DNA of 64,000 nucleotides from Raja brachyura (taxonomy: Eukaryota): assembly GCA_963514005.1 (NCBI GenBank), contig OY740801.1, positions 33,418,001 through 33,482,000 of the forward strand, read 5' to 3'. The position numbers and the translations under genes are program-made. The notes under the pieces were generated by a model. The model ran no database searches and was not told the origin of the DNA. It was given only the letters and a program-made list of their open reading frames with translations. Shown piece after piece: positions 27,545 through 39,892 of the stretch (positions are counted from its first letter, which is position 1; the number at the start of each line of letters is the position of its first letter).

Positions 27545-28070
27545 GACACATTGAATTGTTCAAGTACAATAGGTAGAGCAAAAGGAAAGATACAGAGTAC
27601 AAGTGCAAAATAATCTCAACATCGTGGTGCACCAGTTCCAGACACACTCCAATGGGGTTGAGGGGAATTAGTCCTAGCTTATGCAAGGACTGCTCAGAAG
27701 CCTGATAGCAGGGGAAGAACCTGTTCCTGAGTCTGTTGGTGCATGTTTTCAAGCTTCTGTTCTGCTCAACGGGAGTGTGAATAAGTAGGAATGATCGGCG
27801 TGTTACAAGTCTTTGATTATGTTGGCTGCTTTTCCAAGGTAGCATGAAGTGTATAGTCGGTCAATGGTGATGATTCTGGTGTGTGTGATAGACTGGGATG
27901 CATCCACAACACTCACATTTCTTGGAGACTTGGTCAGAGCTGTTCCCAAACTAAGCTGTGATGCAATTCGACAGTATGCTTTCTATGGTACAACTGTAGA
28001 AGTTTGTGTCATTGGAGACATGCCAAATTTTCTCAGTTTCCTGAGGAAGTAGAGGCATTGGTGTGCTTTC
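27545..28070 (-). mobile_element. Rex1/Babar LINE fragment
   Basis: RSLKTCTNRLRNRFFP and FLRKLRKF..FY homology. Confidence 0.7.
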
Positions 28071-28689
28071 TCATCAGTCTGAAATCACTTCTCGTGTTGG
28101 AATCCCATCGGTCCCTTTTCTCTTCTCTTTCGTTTTCCATTGTGATGAACAAATTCCTGTTCAACAGCCCCGACACACTCTCCCCAACTTTCCACCTCGC
28201 CCTTGTAAGCTCCGAGTCATAGATTTTAATTGCTTTCTGCATGAAAATGATTTTCCTTGCACCCCTTGAATCTTTTGCTCTGAATCTTAAATCTGTCATT
28301 TGGATATTATGTTAATTGGAAAATCTTCCCTTCATTTATTTTATCCAAAACATTCATGATCTTGTCTTATTGTGATTTCTTACAAAAAAGGCCAGAGGCA
28401 AAGATTGCTTCCAAAAAAGTGAAAATTGTTTCCAAAAATGAGATTGCTGCTGTTTGCAAAACTTTCTAGGCAGACATAGCAATATTAATTTAACTCTAGC
28501 AAAAAATGAAACCGGTTGAAGAACTCGCCAAGTAATGCAGCATCTGTGGAGGCAACAGGATGGTCAATGTGATGTTGAGACCCTGGATCAGGATTCAAAT
28601 CAGAATTGCTCACCTGTTTATGATGGGCAGCATATCGTGAGATGTATGCTGTGCCAATACAATGTTACTTAGGAAACAGACCAGAAAGC

Positions 28690-29320
28690 ACACAACAGTC
28701 TGACACACGATGCTTATGCTGAACCTGATGCCAAATTAAACTAATCGCTGCTGCCTGCATGTGATCCATATCCCTCCATTCCTTGCATATCCAGGTGCCT
28801 ATCTAAAAGCCTCTTGAACCCCATTTGCAGCTACTTACACCACGAGCCCAGACAGTGCAATCCAGGCACCTACCCTTCCTGTGTAAAAAAAAGTACTCTG
28901 CATAACTCCTTTAAACTACTCCCCTCTCACCTTAAAGCTACGTCTGCCAATATTTGACGTTACCACCTTAGGAAAAGGGGTTCTGACGGTCTACCCTATC
29001 AATGCCTCTCATAGCTTCTCTCAGGTCTCCCCCGCAGCCTCCAATACTCCAGAAAAAACAATCCAAATTTGTCCAACCTCTCCATTATTGCTGATACCCT
29101 CTAATCAAGGCAGCATCCTGGTAAATAACTTTTGCCCCTACTACAAAGCCTCTCAATTCTTGTAATGACAATCGGAACAATAATAATGAGCACACAATTC
29201 AAATGTGGCCTAATTAAAGTTTTACAAAGCTGCAACATGATATTCTCTTATACTCAATGGCCTGATCAATGCAGGCAAGCACTCCATATGACTTTTTTAC
29301 CACCCTATCTACTTGAGTTG
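28690..29320 (-). mobile_element. Old CR1 LINE 3' fragment
   Basis: Degenerate RPHLNCV / GHSFKV homology on the minus strand. Confidence 0.7.
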
Positions 29321-30057
29321 TCACTATTAATAGTTCTCTGCAGCAGTCACACCACATTCTGCACTGTCTATTTTCCCTTTTGCACTGGCTGATGTACTCA
29401 TACATGGTATGATCTGCCTGGATAGCACTCAGCACAAAGTTATTTTCACTATACAATACGAATCAAATATCTCAATACAATAATAAACCAATCAAATGAT
29501 AGAAACAAGGAACTGCAAAAGCTATATAAAAGTGTTGGAGTAACTCAGAGGGTGAGGCAGCAGCTCTGGGGAAAAAGGATGTGTGATATTTCAGCAAGAA
29601 GATTCCTGACCTGAAACATCACCCATCCTTTTTCTCCAGAGATGCTGCCTGACCTACTAAGTTACTCCAGCACTTTGTGTTTAGCATCAATCAAATGGTA
29701 GACTTTGTTAAATGGAGTTTAAATGGAGATAGCCACAGGAGACTTGTGCATTACCTGCCTGTCTCTACTGGTGGTTACCTATCTATCTGGCTGAACCTTT
29801 GGTGTGACCACCTCTTTAAAACTACTGCCTATAACCCTCCCTGACTCCTGTATGCTCCTCAGTGCATACACTCGCCGCTCCAGCTGATCCATGCTGCCCT
29901 AGACGAGCTGCTGCTGAAAACACAACTACTCCAGGAATTAATTCACCTAGATAATTCCTGAAAGTCCACAGAACATACTTGCTTAAAAAATACATTTTCA
30001 TTCAATTTCTCCATTAATTTAATTAATAGCTCCCGACACAGGAAACACACTCATTTC

Positions 30058-30773
30058 TTCAAGGTTTCAAGGTCAGTTTATTGTCAAATATACCAATTAA
30101 GGTAGTGAAATTCGAATTACCATACAGCCATACTAAAAAAAAACGAGACAAACAATTACAAAAAATTTAACATAAACATCCACCACAGCGGATTCCCTAC
30201 GTTCCTCACTGTGATGGAAGGCAATAAAGTCCAATCTTCTTCCTCTTTTATTCTCCCGCGGTCGGGGCAGTCAAACCATCCGTAGTCGGGGTGATCGAAG
30301 CTCCTGCAGCCGGCGGTCGAAGCCCCTCGTCGGGACGGTCGAAGCCCCCGCGTCGAGGCGATCGAAGCTCCCACGTCGGGCAGTCGAAGCTCCTGCGGCT
30401 TGGAGCTCCCGAAGTCGGTCTCTAACCAGAGACCACGGGCTCTACGATGTTAAAGTCCGCAGGCACCTGCGGTAGAGTTCAGCGGTCGAACCCTGGCAAA
30501 GGGATCGCGAGCTCTGTGATATTAAGTCCACAGGCTCCCGCGGTGGAGCTCTCGAAGTCAGTCTTCAGCAAAGGCCGCCAACTCCTCGATATTCGGCCGC
30601 AGATACGAATTGCAAAACAATTGCATTTCCGTCGAGGTAAGAGATTAGTAAAAGTTTCCCCCAGCTCCCCCCCCCACATAAAACAAGCTAAAGGACACTA
30701 AAAACATACATTTAACACATACAAACAAACAACAAAGAAGGAAGGACAGACAGACTGTTGGCGAGGCAGTCAT
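30058..30773 (-). mobile_element. Composite non-autonomous retroposon, same architecture, different VNTR
   Basis: Shares the AACATCCACCACAG...CTCACTGTG(A/G)TGGAAGGCAA block, a TGACAATAAA tail and the 5' CAGTC(T/C)GTCTGTC segment with 49177-49934; internal ~21-bp GGCGGTCGAAGCTCC-type repeats. Confidence 0.75.
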
Positions 30774-30859
30774 AACATTTCCTGCACATTCCATTATACT
30801 TCAGAGCAGAAGCCTGCTGTGTCCTCGCCAGTTAATACCTGGAAAACCCGCATGTTAAC

Positions 30860-31292
30860 CATGCACAGCTTGGATCTGCAGAGGAACACCGAGTCCATTA
30901 CTTCGAATGAAGATGAACAGCAGCATGGAAGGATCTTTAATCATTCCTACTTCTCTCTGCTGCTCCTGTCTGGTAAAATGTAATGAAGCTTCAAAGCACG
31001 AACCACCAGACACAGGTACAGTTTCTTCCCCTCCGTTATCAGGCTTCTGAATGATCATTCTTTCAACTAGGGTACTGTCTACCCGATTATGGACATTATA
31101 CTTTGTCTATGGAACTGAATGCTACAATGCTGAGAACTATTCTGCACTCTGCACCCTTTGCTCTACTTATTTGTATTTGAGTTTAACTTTATTTATTTAT
31201 GTACAGTATATCTCTGATCTGTTTGGATAGCATGCAAACAAAGCTTTTCACTATACCACCTGTACACATGACAATAATAAACCTAAACCTAC
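30860..31292 (+). mobile_element. Rex1/Babar LINE 3' end
   Basis: ..TTRHRYSFFPSVIRLLN homology; stem-loop, TGACAATAATAAA and (CCTAAA)n. Confidence 0.7.
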
Positions 31293-32044
31293 AATATAGC
31301 TTAGAATTTTTCAGTTGTTCAATCATAGTTTTGGAACTTCAGGGGCATTTAAAAGCATCAATAATCCTTTCAACGGCCAGCTTTACCGAAGGCTTTACTA
31401 GGAATCATTTTTCCTTGATCGGTTTGTAGGCAAGACTGCTCCTGGCCATCCCACGTGACAGCATTGTGCTGCTCAAGATCCTCACACCACACAGCACCTT
31501 ATTATTTAACTTCATTTGGTTCATATCAGCAGCAAGTATAGATGACTCATTGGCACTTAATTGCTTCGAAACTGAGAAAACTGTGTCAACAAGTCTGATC
31601 ACAATGGGATCAGTTTTATTAAGATGAACAGTTCAGGAATTCTGCTGGAAAACATAAAAGAAAATGGACCTACAACAATTTGATAGGTGCAGACAGTCAT
31701 CATAAATGATACATTCATTCCATAATTATTTAATTACTTCCTCCTAAATTTCCCAGCTTCTTTTGTGAGATTCATACATTGTGTTTGGATTGAAGTTCCA
31801 GCTCTCCAGTAGCCATTCAGTTATACTGGCATACTCTCAAATACCTGCTAATAAGCATTTTGAATGATTTATTTACAAGCTTTCTTTCATAAAAATAGTA
31901 GGCTGTTCCCATCGGTTTTTTAGAATTGTTTCTTTGGAAGTCTTAGGATTTCATTACTTATCTTTTTTTAAAATCCTAACCTTCACTTTTGTTTCAGCTT
32001 TACTGCTGTTTTGGTTTAGTCTATGAACAAGTTGCGACGATGAT

Positions 32045-32270
32045 ATAGGACACTAAGTGCTGGAGTAATTCAGCAGGTGAGACAGCATCTCTGCACAACA
32101 TGGATTGGCAATGTTTCGGGTTGAGTCTCTTCTTCAGACTGAAAAAGGGACTTGACCTGAAATCGCACGTATTCATGTCCTCCAGAGATGCTGTCTCACA
32201 TGCTGAGTCACTCCTACACTTTGTGTCCTTTTGAGTATTAACCAGCATCTGCAGTTCCTTGTTTCTACAC
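32045..32270. mobile_element. Penelope-derived foldback insert
   Basis: Arms centred on TTCAGACTGAA; similar copies at ~3378-3590, 29500-29682 and 52921-53118; single arms at ~2031, 3696, 10297, 12826, 13855, 21943, 56510. Confidence 0.75.
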
Positions 32271-33989
32271 TTTGACTGTGATAGTGTTAGCAAACTTGTG
32301 ACGACAAGAGTGCAAGAACAAGGAAGCCAATGAAAAAGGACATGTGTGCCAGGGATGAATTTCTAATGTATTGTAAAGTAATGAAAAATAATTTTGATAA
32401 ATGCAGATATGAGATGCAATTTTCTAATGGCATTTTCCAGTAATGTTAATAATGTTTTCAACTTCATAGTCAAGCCACTGGTTTTATTTTGTGTTTTTGG
32501 TATTTCTCATTATTTACACTAGAATGCTTACAGGAATCTATTTGGTCCAAGACGGGAAGATATTGCATAATTTCCTTTATAATTACATAGCTTTCCTACA
32601 CATCTTCCTCAGTGTTCCAGTGTTTCCCATATTCCTCATGGTCTACCATTTTTTCCCCTTTTGATGTAAACTTAAGTTAATTGCACAGAAAGAGGCAATG
32701 TCTGCACTATTTTTTCCTTCACACAAACAAACCGACAATTCTATTGCTGGTTCTCCACACCTACGGTACTCTCTTTAAAACAAATGTCTGATTGCCCTTT
32801 TAATATGCCTTCAGTCTCACCATTAGTTAGAAGCAGAACATTCTCCACACTAAACACCCTCTGTTTCCGACAATAATCACTACCCATTTCTTCTCTCCAG
32901 TGATGCTGCCCGTCCCGCTGAGTTACTCCAGCATTTTGTGTCTAATATCCACTGCAATTCATATTAAAACAATTTTGATATTAATGCAAAAGTCAAAAGA
33001 GAGTATTTGAAACGCAGCCAGATTTTTAAACTTGGGTTTATTTCCCAGTAAGTTAGTTAGTTGTCACGTGTACCGAAGTGGGCAATAATTCCCTCCCAAA
33101 TTGTCAAAACTGGCAGCTTATTCTAATTAATAATTAAACCATAATTCATTAGTGATGTTTATAAAGGAAACATTAGATTTCCTTTGAAGATACTGAACCT
33201 GTCGACAATTGGCAGACCTTTCCTTTTAAAAACACGTGTTGGCTAGTAAAAATAAAATACAAAAGAATCTGGCTTGTTGTATTAAAGAAAAATGTAATTA
33301 GATTGTTTCTCCTTTGGCTTAAGACCAAAGAAAATGATAATGTCAACAGCAGTGCAGTCTCAAATTTGTGCTCAAAGGTTTGAAGTCTACTCTCTACTAG
33401 TGATTTAAACACACAAAAAAAGCTGAGGCTAAGATTCTTGAGAGCCTGCATTAATGAGTTGCAAATATGCAGAAAGCATTTAAAACCGTGGGCGTCCCTC
33501 ATGCTTCAAAATATCTCATAGTGATGTGAAGAAAAGGAAGGGAGACCCTTTGTTTCCAAAATACGCCCTCGGTATCACCACTGAACTGATCATCTGTGCC
33601 ATATATAGGTCTTGTCAGGCATAAATGACTGCTCAATCTTTTCCAAGTCATACATCATCCAGACTCTAAAATGTATTGTTATTCCTTTATTATCACTGGG
33701 TATGGACCTTGGAATTCCATACTCAGCAATATCTTGGAAGTAACTTCACCAGATGAACCTTCCCGGTTCAAAATGGCAACTCACCACCATCTTCTCAAGG
33801 AACAAGCACATAAACCAAATATAAGGACTGCAACAGCAACGTGACTTCATTTCTTTTTCTTATCAAAATGCGTTGAGATTATTGTTTTTTTTTTAAAACG
33901 ATGTAAATAGTACTTGATAAAGTGAATATCTTGCTTTTGATGTTTCATGACGAAGGGCGGTCATTATCAAGATGTCCACATCACATGAC

Positions 33990-35140
33990 ACAACGGGAGA
34001 TTCGCCGCCGCGCCTGCGCGCAGCGATGGTAGGCGGGGACGGACGGACGTACGGACGTACGTACGTACGTACGACGTTGGTTCCGTCAGAGATCGTCCTC
34101 CTCCTCGTTCCCCCGGAACGTGATGAGGCAGCACGACGCCCTACCCCCCCCCCAACAGTGGGGGGGAGGGGAGAGAAGAGCCGTGCGCGTCTCCCTCTAT
34201 GAGAGGAAAGGGGGCGGGGAAAAGGAGAGCGCGCGCGCGCCAGACCCTCCCCCTCGCTTGGGAAAGCGTCGCGCGGATGCCCCGCCCACCGGCTCGCCCA
34301 GCCCCGCCCACCGCCTTTACATCACGCTGAGTGACGCGGCCGCCCACCAATCGCCTGCACGTCATCACACCAATGGGTGGGGGCAGGACAAAGGCGGCGG
34401 TGCCGCGGGGCGCGCGCGCGCGGTCGAACGAGGGGGGAGGCGCGGGCACGAGTCCGAGCGCGGGGACGAGCGCGGGCGGACGGACGGACTGCGAGGCGGC
34501 ACCATCCGGCCTTCACGTTAGGGTTTGAGGGGCGCGGCGGACGGCGCGTCCACCCCCCCCCCCCCCCTCCCTCCTCTCCTCACCCACCCACCCACCCCTT
34601 CAGTTTAATAACGTCAGCGAAAAGTGCAAGTGGGGCGATTGTTGACGGCGCCGGGCAAGGCTTTAATGGTGTCTGTGTTGGGGGAGGGGGGGTGGTGGTA
34701 GTAGGGTTTGTGTGAGTTTAGGGTGGTGGGGGGGGAGGGGGTGGGGCGGGCGGGCGGAGATATCAGGATAAAAACCCAGCTGGAGCTGAGGGGGCAAGAA
34801 TACTACAAAGCGATAAATTATATTGAGAAAATAAAAGACAAGACATTCCTGACCGCCCGCCCGTCGGCCCGCCAGCTCCACCGCGCCGGGACAGTCGAGG
34901 CAGGGCGGCCTGTGATGGAGGATAAGAAAGAGGAGCGGGAGACAGAGATCCAGGAGCACTGCCCTGAGCACTGGTTCTCCAAGTGGGAGCGGCAGTGCCT
35001 GGCCGAGAACGAACAGCAGCAGCAGGCCGAGGCCGACAGGGCGTCGCTGGAGCAGGAACAGAGCCAGCAGAAGCTGTGGCACCTCTTCCAGAACTCGGCC
35101 ACCGCCGTGGCCCAGCTCTACAAAGGTAGGGCGGCGGGGT
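33990..35140 (+). promoter_or_regulatory. CpG island promoter and 5' UTR of HAPSTR1
   Basis: Abrupt rise in GC and CpG; NRF1-like GCGCCTGCGC at ~34010; GC boxes; two CCAAT boxes (~34347, ~34370); CRE-like TGACG/ACGTCA half sites; no obvious TATA. Confidence 0.85.
34915..35125 (+). CDS. HAPSTR1: HAPSTR1 (C16orf72) coding exon 1
   Basis: ATG at 34915 (gtgATGg) in a CpG island; encodes MEDKKEERETEIQEHCPEHWFSKWERQCLAE...QQKLWHLFQNSATAVAQLYK, recognisable as the HAPSTR1 N-terminus; donor AAAG|gtaggg, phase 1. Confidence 0.96.
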
Positions 35141-35169
35141 AGTGTCGCCCCCTTCCCCCCTCCTTCCCC

Positions 35170-36100
35170 GGCTCCCCCCACATCTCCCCCCCCCCCCCCG
35201 GCTCACCCCACATCTCCCCCCCCCCCCCCCGGCTCACCCCACATCTCCCCCCCCCCCCCGGCTCACCCCACATCTCCCCCCCCCCCCGGCTCACCCCACA
35301 TCTCCCCCCCCCCCCGGCTCACCCCACATCTCCCCCCCCCCCCCCCCGGCTCACCCCACATCTCTCCCCCCCCCCCCCGGCTCACCCCACATCTCCCCCC
35401 CCCCCTGGCTCACCCCACATCTCCCCCCCCCCCCCCGGCTCACCCCACATCTCCCCCCCCCCCGGCTCACCCCACATCTCCCCCCCCCCCCGGCTCACCC
35501 CACATCTCCCCCCCCCCCGGCTCACCCCACATCTCCCCCCCCCCCGGCTCACCCCACATCTCCCCCCCCCCCGGCTCACCCCACATCTCCCCCCCCCCCG
35601 GCTCACCCCACATCTCCCCCCCCCCCTGGCTCACCCCACATCTCCCCCCCCCCCTGGCTCACCCCACATCTCCCCCCCCCCCCCGGCTCACCCCACATCT
35701 CCCCCCCCCCCGGCTCACCCCACATCTCTCCCCCCGGCTCACCCCACATCTCTCCCCCCGGCTCACCCCACATCTCTCCCCCCCCCCCGGCTCACCCCAC
35801 ATCTCCCCCCCCCCCCGGCTCACCCCACATCTCCCCCCCCCCCCGGCTCACCCCACATCTCCCCCCCCCCGGCTCACCCCACATCTCCCCCCCCCCCCCC
35901 CGGCTCACCCCACATCTCCCCCCCCCCCCCCCGGCTCACCCCACATCTCCCCCCCCCCCCCCGGCTCACCCCACATCTCCCCCCCCCCCCCCGGCTCACC
36001 CCACATCTCCACCCCGGCTCACCCCACATCTCCCCCCCGGCTCACCCCACATCTCCCCCCCGGCTCACCCCACATCTCTCCCCGGCTCACCCCACACCCC
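35170..36100. repeat. Minisatellite (GGCTCACCCCACATCT-Cn) x ~34 in intron 1
   Basis: Near-invariant 16-nt core separated by C runs of variable length; counted by eye. Confidence 0.95.
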
Positions 36101-37250
36101 CAACACACGATAACCCGAACACACGAACAACCCCCCCCCCCCCCCCCGCAAGATCGCCACTCTCTCCAAATCCACGATTCCCATCCCCCCCCCCCAACGC
36201 ACAATCTCCATTCACCCACAGTCTCCACCTCCAGCCCACGATCTCTACCCTATCCAAAACCACAAACCCCACTACAACGAAACCTCCCACAAACCCCACT
36301 ATAATGCACGACTCCACCAACCCATGACCCCCTTCCTCAACACACAATCCCCTTCCCCCACTAGACAATCCCCAAACTCAAGCTCCTCACCCTCTCCAAA
36401 ACCTACAACAAACACTCCCACAAACCCCACTGTAATCCATGACTCCCCCAAACTCACTACCCCACCTTCTTCAAATCCACACAGACAAATTGCCCCACTT
36501 TCCCCAAACCCACAACCCCCACCCTCTTCCAAACTCACAGCCCCAACTTCCCCAAACCCACTTACAAATCATCCCGCCTTCTCGAAGCCCACAACCCCGC
36601 CTACATCACCCCATATCCTGCTCCCACCCCCCATATTCCTGCCACCCAACCCCACATATCCTCACCCACTACCTATTGCCAAACCCCCCCTCCTCCTGCA
36701 GCCTTCAAATGACCAAACCCCTCAATATCCTTGCTCCCACCCCCCCTCATCCCTTCTCCAGACCACCGCTGATATCAACACCCTCCAATATCTCCTGACC
36801 CCACCCCCATATCCCCACCTGATCCCCATAACCCTGCCCTCCATATCCACACCTCCAACCCTCCCCCATATTTCTGCCCCCCCCTTATCTCCATGTCCCT
36901 CAACCCCATCCTAAATATCAGCCTCTCAACCTGACATATTTCTGTCCCCCCATCTCCACCCACAATCCATTTCTATCCCCAAACATCCTGCAGCCTCTAT
37001 ATGACCAGTCCAACCCCCCCATATCCCTGCTCCCAACCTCACATATATCTCCTCCCAACCACTCCCCATACAAACATCCCTCAAAACCATGTCGTCCCCA
37101 TCCCCGCTCCCCTATATATCCCACCCCCATATCCCGTCCCAGAGGCACCCCCCCATGTCCCTGCTCTAAACACACCCCTATCCCTGAACCCTTGCCCCAT
37201 CTGTAAATCCGGCATTGTCTGGATTTCCCATCCCTCCCTCACACCATGCA
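36100..37250. repeat. C/A-rich low-complexity tract
   Basis: Extreme C-over-G skew on + strand with degenerate CCCCA(T/C)A motifs. Confidence 0.8.
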
Positions 37251-38013
37251 CCACAGTATTCCAGGGTCACCTCTGGCGCTGAGGTCTGGATCCCTCCTGT
37301 ATTGCATGTCCTCCCTCCTCCGGATGGCACCAATGATCTGCGGCTCCCTTTTTCACCCTGACCCCGCAATGTGACAGCGTTTTGGACCCTTCTCAGTTTG
37401 AAGAGCTATGTGGGGGATTGGTGGCAGTTCATGTAGCCAGAAGGCAAAGAGATTTAAAGTTGTCAGTTCATGCTTTTATTTCTGCAAGTGTATTTTAACA
37501 CTAAATGCTTGTAGTTATACTTGTAAACCAATATTTGGCTTTGTGGAATAGATGGGTCGAATTTTTTTTGAGTGTGCTCCACACAGCCAGAAGTAGAATG
37601 ATTGTTTTATCAATTGACATGGTTAAATATGTTAATAGTCAACATTTTAAACTTGGTTTGTGTGTCCGTGGGTTGGGTGTTAATATTATGGGAATTAAAA
37701 TTGGCACAATATCTTCAAATATTTGCTAGCAGACAAACAAAATTGATAAAGATGATTCCTTACCAAGTGTGAATTTTGTTTAAAAAAAAATCATTTTAAT
37801 GTTTGAAATTGCCTGAAAAATAGTTTTTATTTTGAAATTACAGATGCAAGGGTAATGCTGAAATCAAACATGGTTTTGTCCTTTTCTAAATGTATTATAG
37901 TGTCTTTTTGGAGATCAGTTTGCATTCATGGCTTTGCTAACTTGTTTTTTAACTCTCTTCCCATCCCCTCTCCTTCATCCCCTACTGCTCCCCTCCCTGT
38001 GTGGTCTTCGTAG

Positions 38014-38094
38014 ATCGAGTCTGTCAGCAACAAGGGCTGTCACTCTGGGTCCCATTTCAAAATGCCGCCTCGGCTGTCACCAATGTGTACAAAG
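38014..38094 (+). CDS. HAPSTR1: HAPSTR1 coding exon 2 (81 nt)
   Basis: Pyrimidine tract and ttcgtag| acceptor; (D)RVCQQQGLSLWVPFQNAASAVTNVYK(E); donor AAAG|gtaata; in frame with exon 1. Confidence 0.96.
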
Positions 38095-39892
38095 GTAATA
38101 TTCAAACCGTTTTGTTAACTCTGCATTGTCTGGACTCGTGTACTTGTGTCTGCAGCGGGGTTGATATTTTAGGTGTTGAGCTTAAAAATGGCCAAATGAA
38201 GCAATGTGCAGCTTAATTTAATTGGATATAGTAATAACTGTCAGGGGTACATTTGGGAATTATCAGGATTGCAAGTGAAATATTGAAGCTTCATGCGGCA
38301 GCTTGCTCTGTTCTTACTGTTTTGTATAACTTCGGAGGCATTAATTTTGTCAAACTATTTAAGATGATTCACATAACTATAAATGTGCTGAGTGCTGTTT
38401 CCAATTTTTAAGTGACTAAAGAGGTCAAGTCCAAAACACTTCCCCTTCTCCCCTCCCCCTCTTGGTTTCCTTGCATGACTCATGATTGTGGATGCCCAAG
38501 ACAGCCAAAACAAGATTTCCTTGCTACAACCATTTTTGGTTTGCTGCTTTCTGTTTTTAAAAAAAAATTATTCTCTTTAAATACTCCAAAATGCAATGAC
38601 CATTCCCATTAGTTATATGAGATGTCTTTTTTTCTAAACATGCCATTAAAATTGTCAGCCTCGATTGTGTACATTTAATCTATTGATTGCTTTAAAACAG
38701 TTCTCTTCCTGGAGCCCTTTGTATATGCCATTATTTGTTAACATTATAAATTAAGCAGAAGCTTTACCAAGCAATCATAGAAAGCCTTTATGACAAACTA
38801 GGAACTTGCTGAATTTCCTTTCTACGTTTTAATGCTCAAAATAAAACGCCCACCCATACATGGCTGTCATTTGCGCAATACTTGGCACTCATTTGCTTTT
38901 GAGAGCTACTCTGTTTGAGTAAATTGCTTGTTCCCAGTCCTAATGTGCATCATTCTTAGCACGGTATGTAAGAATGCTCTACAAAAACCTAGTCTAATCT
39001 TACAATTAAGAGGTCATAAAGTATGGTAGTAAATTTGTAAAAAGAAAAATGCACATCCAACTGCTTCATACTATAGGCAAAACACAGCTATACTGGCAAC
39101 ATTCGAGTAAATGCCCTTGTATTTACACCTTGCTTAACAGTCTTCCTTTTTCAAAGTAGTATCTGAGCTTGTACAATTATATGTACATGATGCATTCTGA
39201 GCACTCATATTTGAGTTCTAAACATACGGTTGAAATGTGTTTGAAAGTAGTTCAAATTAAGCAGTTTTTTAAAAATGGCAAAATTTTATAATTTGGATAG
39301 CCTTAATTCAGTAAATTATAATTTACAAAAGTACTATTTACTGTTAGTTTGAGGGTTGAAAGATTAGACTTCATTTTGCTGGTAAGAATACCATTTCATT
39401 TGTTGTACTACTGGCTATTGATAAAACATTCCGACATTGTCATTTTCTTGTTTCAAGTCAACGTGTTTTGATTTTCAGCAGTGATTTTTGCTCAATTTTG
39501 GCTGATAAAGGGAATTATAGGTTCTGCATTTATCCCAATTATTGAAAATAATTAACATGTTAATTGTTGGAGAAATTTGCTGAGATCTTCCAAGTTAAAT
39601 ATTAACAAATAACATTTCAATTTTGTAAATTTAATCTGACCAAATTTAATCTGTAACATCTATAATCTGTTACACGTGAGACAAATTATGCATCAGTGGA
39701 AAAATTCTGTATTTTCCATCACATTTTTGGTTGCTTGTGAGTTTTGGCCATAGATGTACACAAAAATGCTTTTATTGCAACATTGTATTGCAAGAATCTG
39801 ATGCATCAGTGCTCAGTCTGAATGTAGTGTACACAAATATTGTAGTTATTTTTAAACATCTAATGATTCTAAAGCTGCACTTGCTCTTCATT

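Noticed and set aside
33173-33502. Minus-strand 109-aa ORF near the promoter, and 31405-31602, as a divergent gene
   Set aside because: No recognisable homology or convincing exon structure; a lncRNA cannot be excluded without RNA data.
34120-34331. C/D box snoRNA (GTGATGA...CTGA)
   Set aside because: Boxes are ~200 nt apart with no terminal stem, in promoter sequence.
33972-35206. Multiple overlapping Arg/Gly/Pro-rich ORFs on both strands
   Set aside because: Expected stop-codon scarcity in a CpG island, or antisense shadows of exon 1.
35170-36100. Resemblance to a CRISPR array or an Ig switch region (GGGGTGAGC on the minus strand)
   Set aside because: The spacers are only C homopolymers and there are no cas genes; the AGCT hotspot and any Ig context are absent.
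35142-36113. 323-aa proline-rich ORF
   Set aside because: Translation of the intronic minisatellite; no ATG, and the frame wanders with C-run length.
36324-36914. 196-aa Pro/Thr/Ser-rich ORF
   Set aside because: Low-complexity C-rich intron sequence with no splice support.
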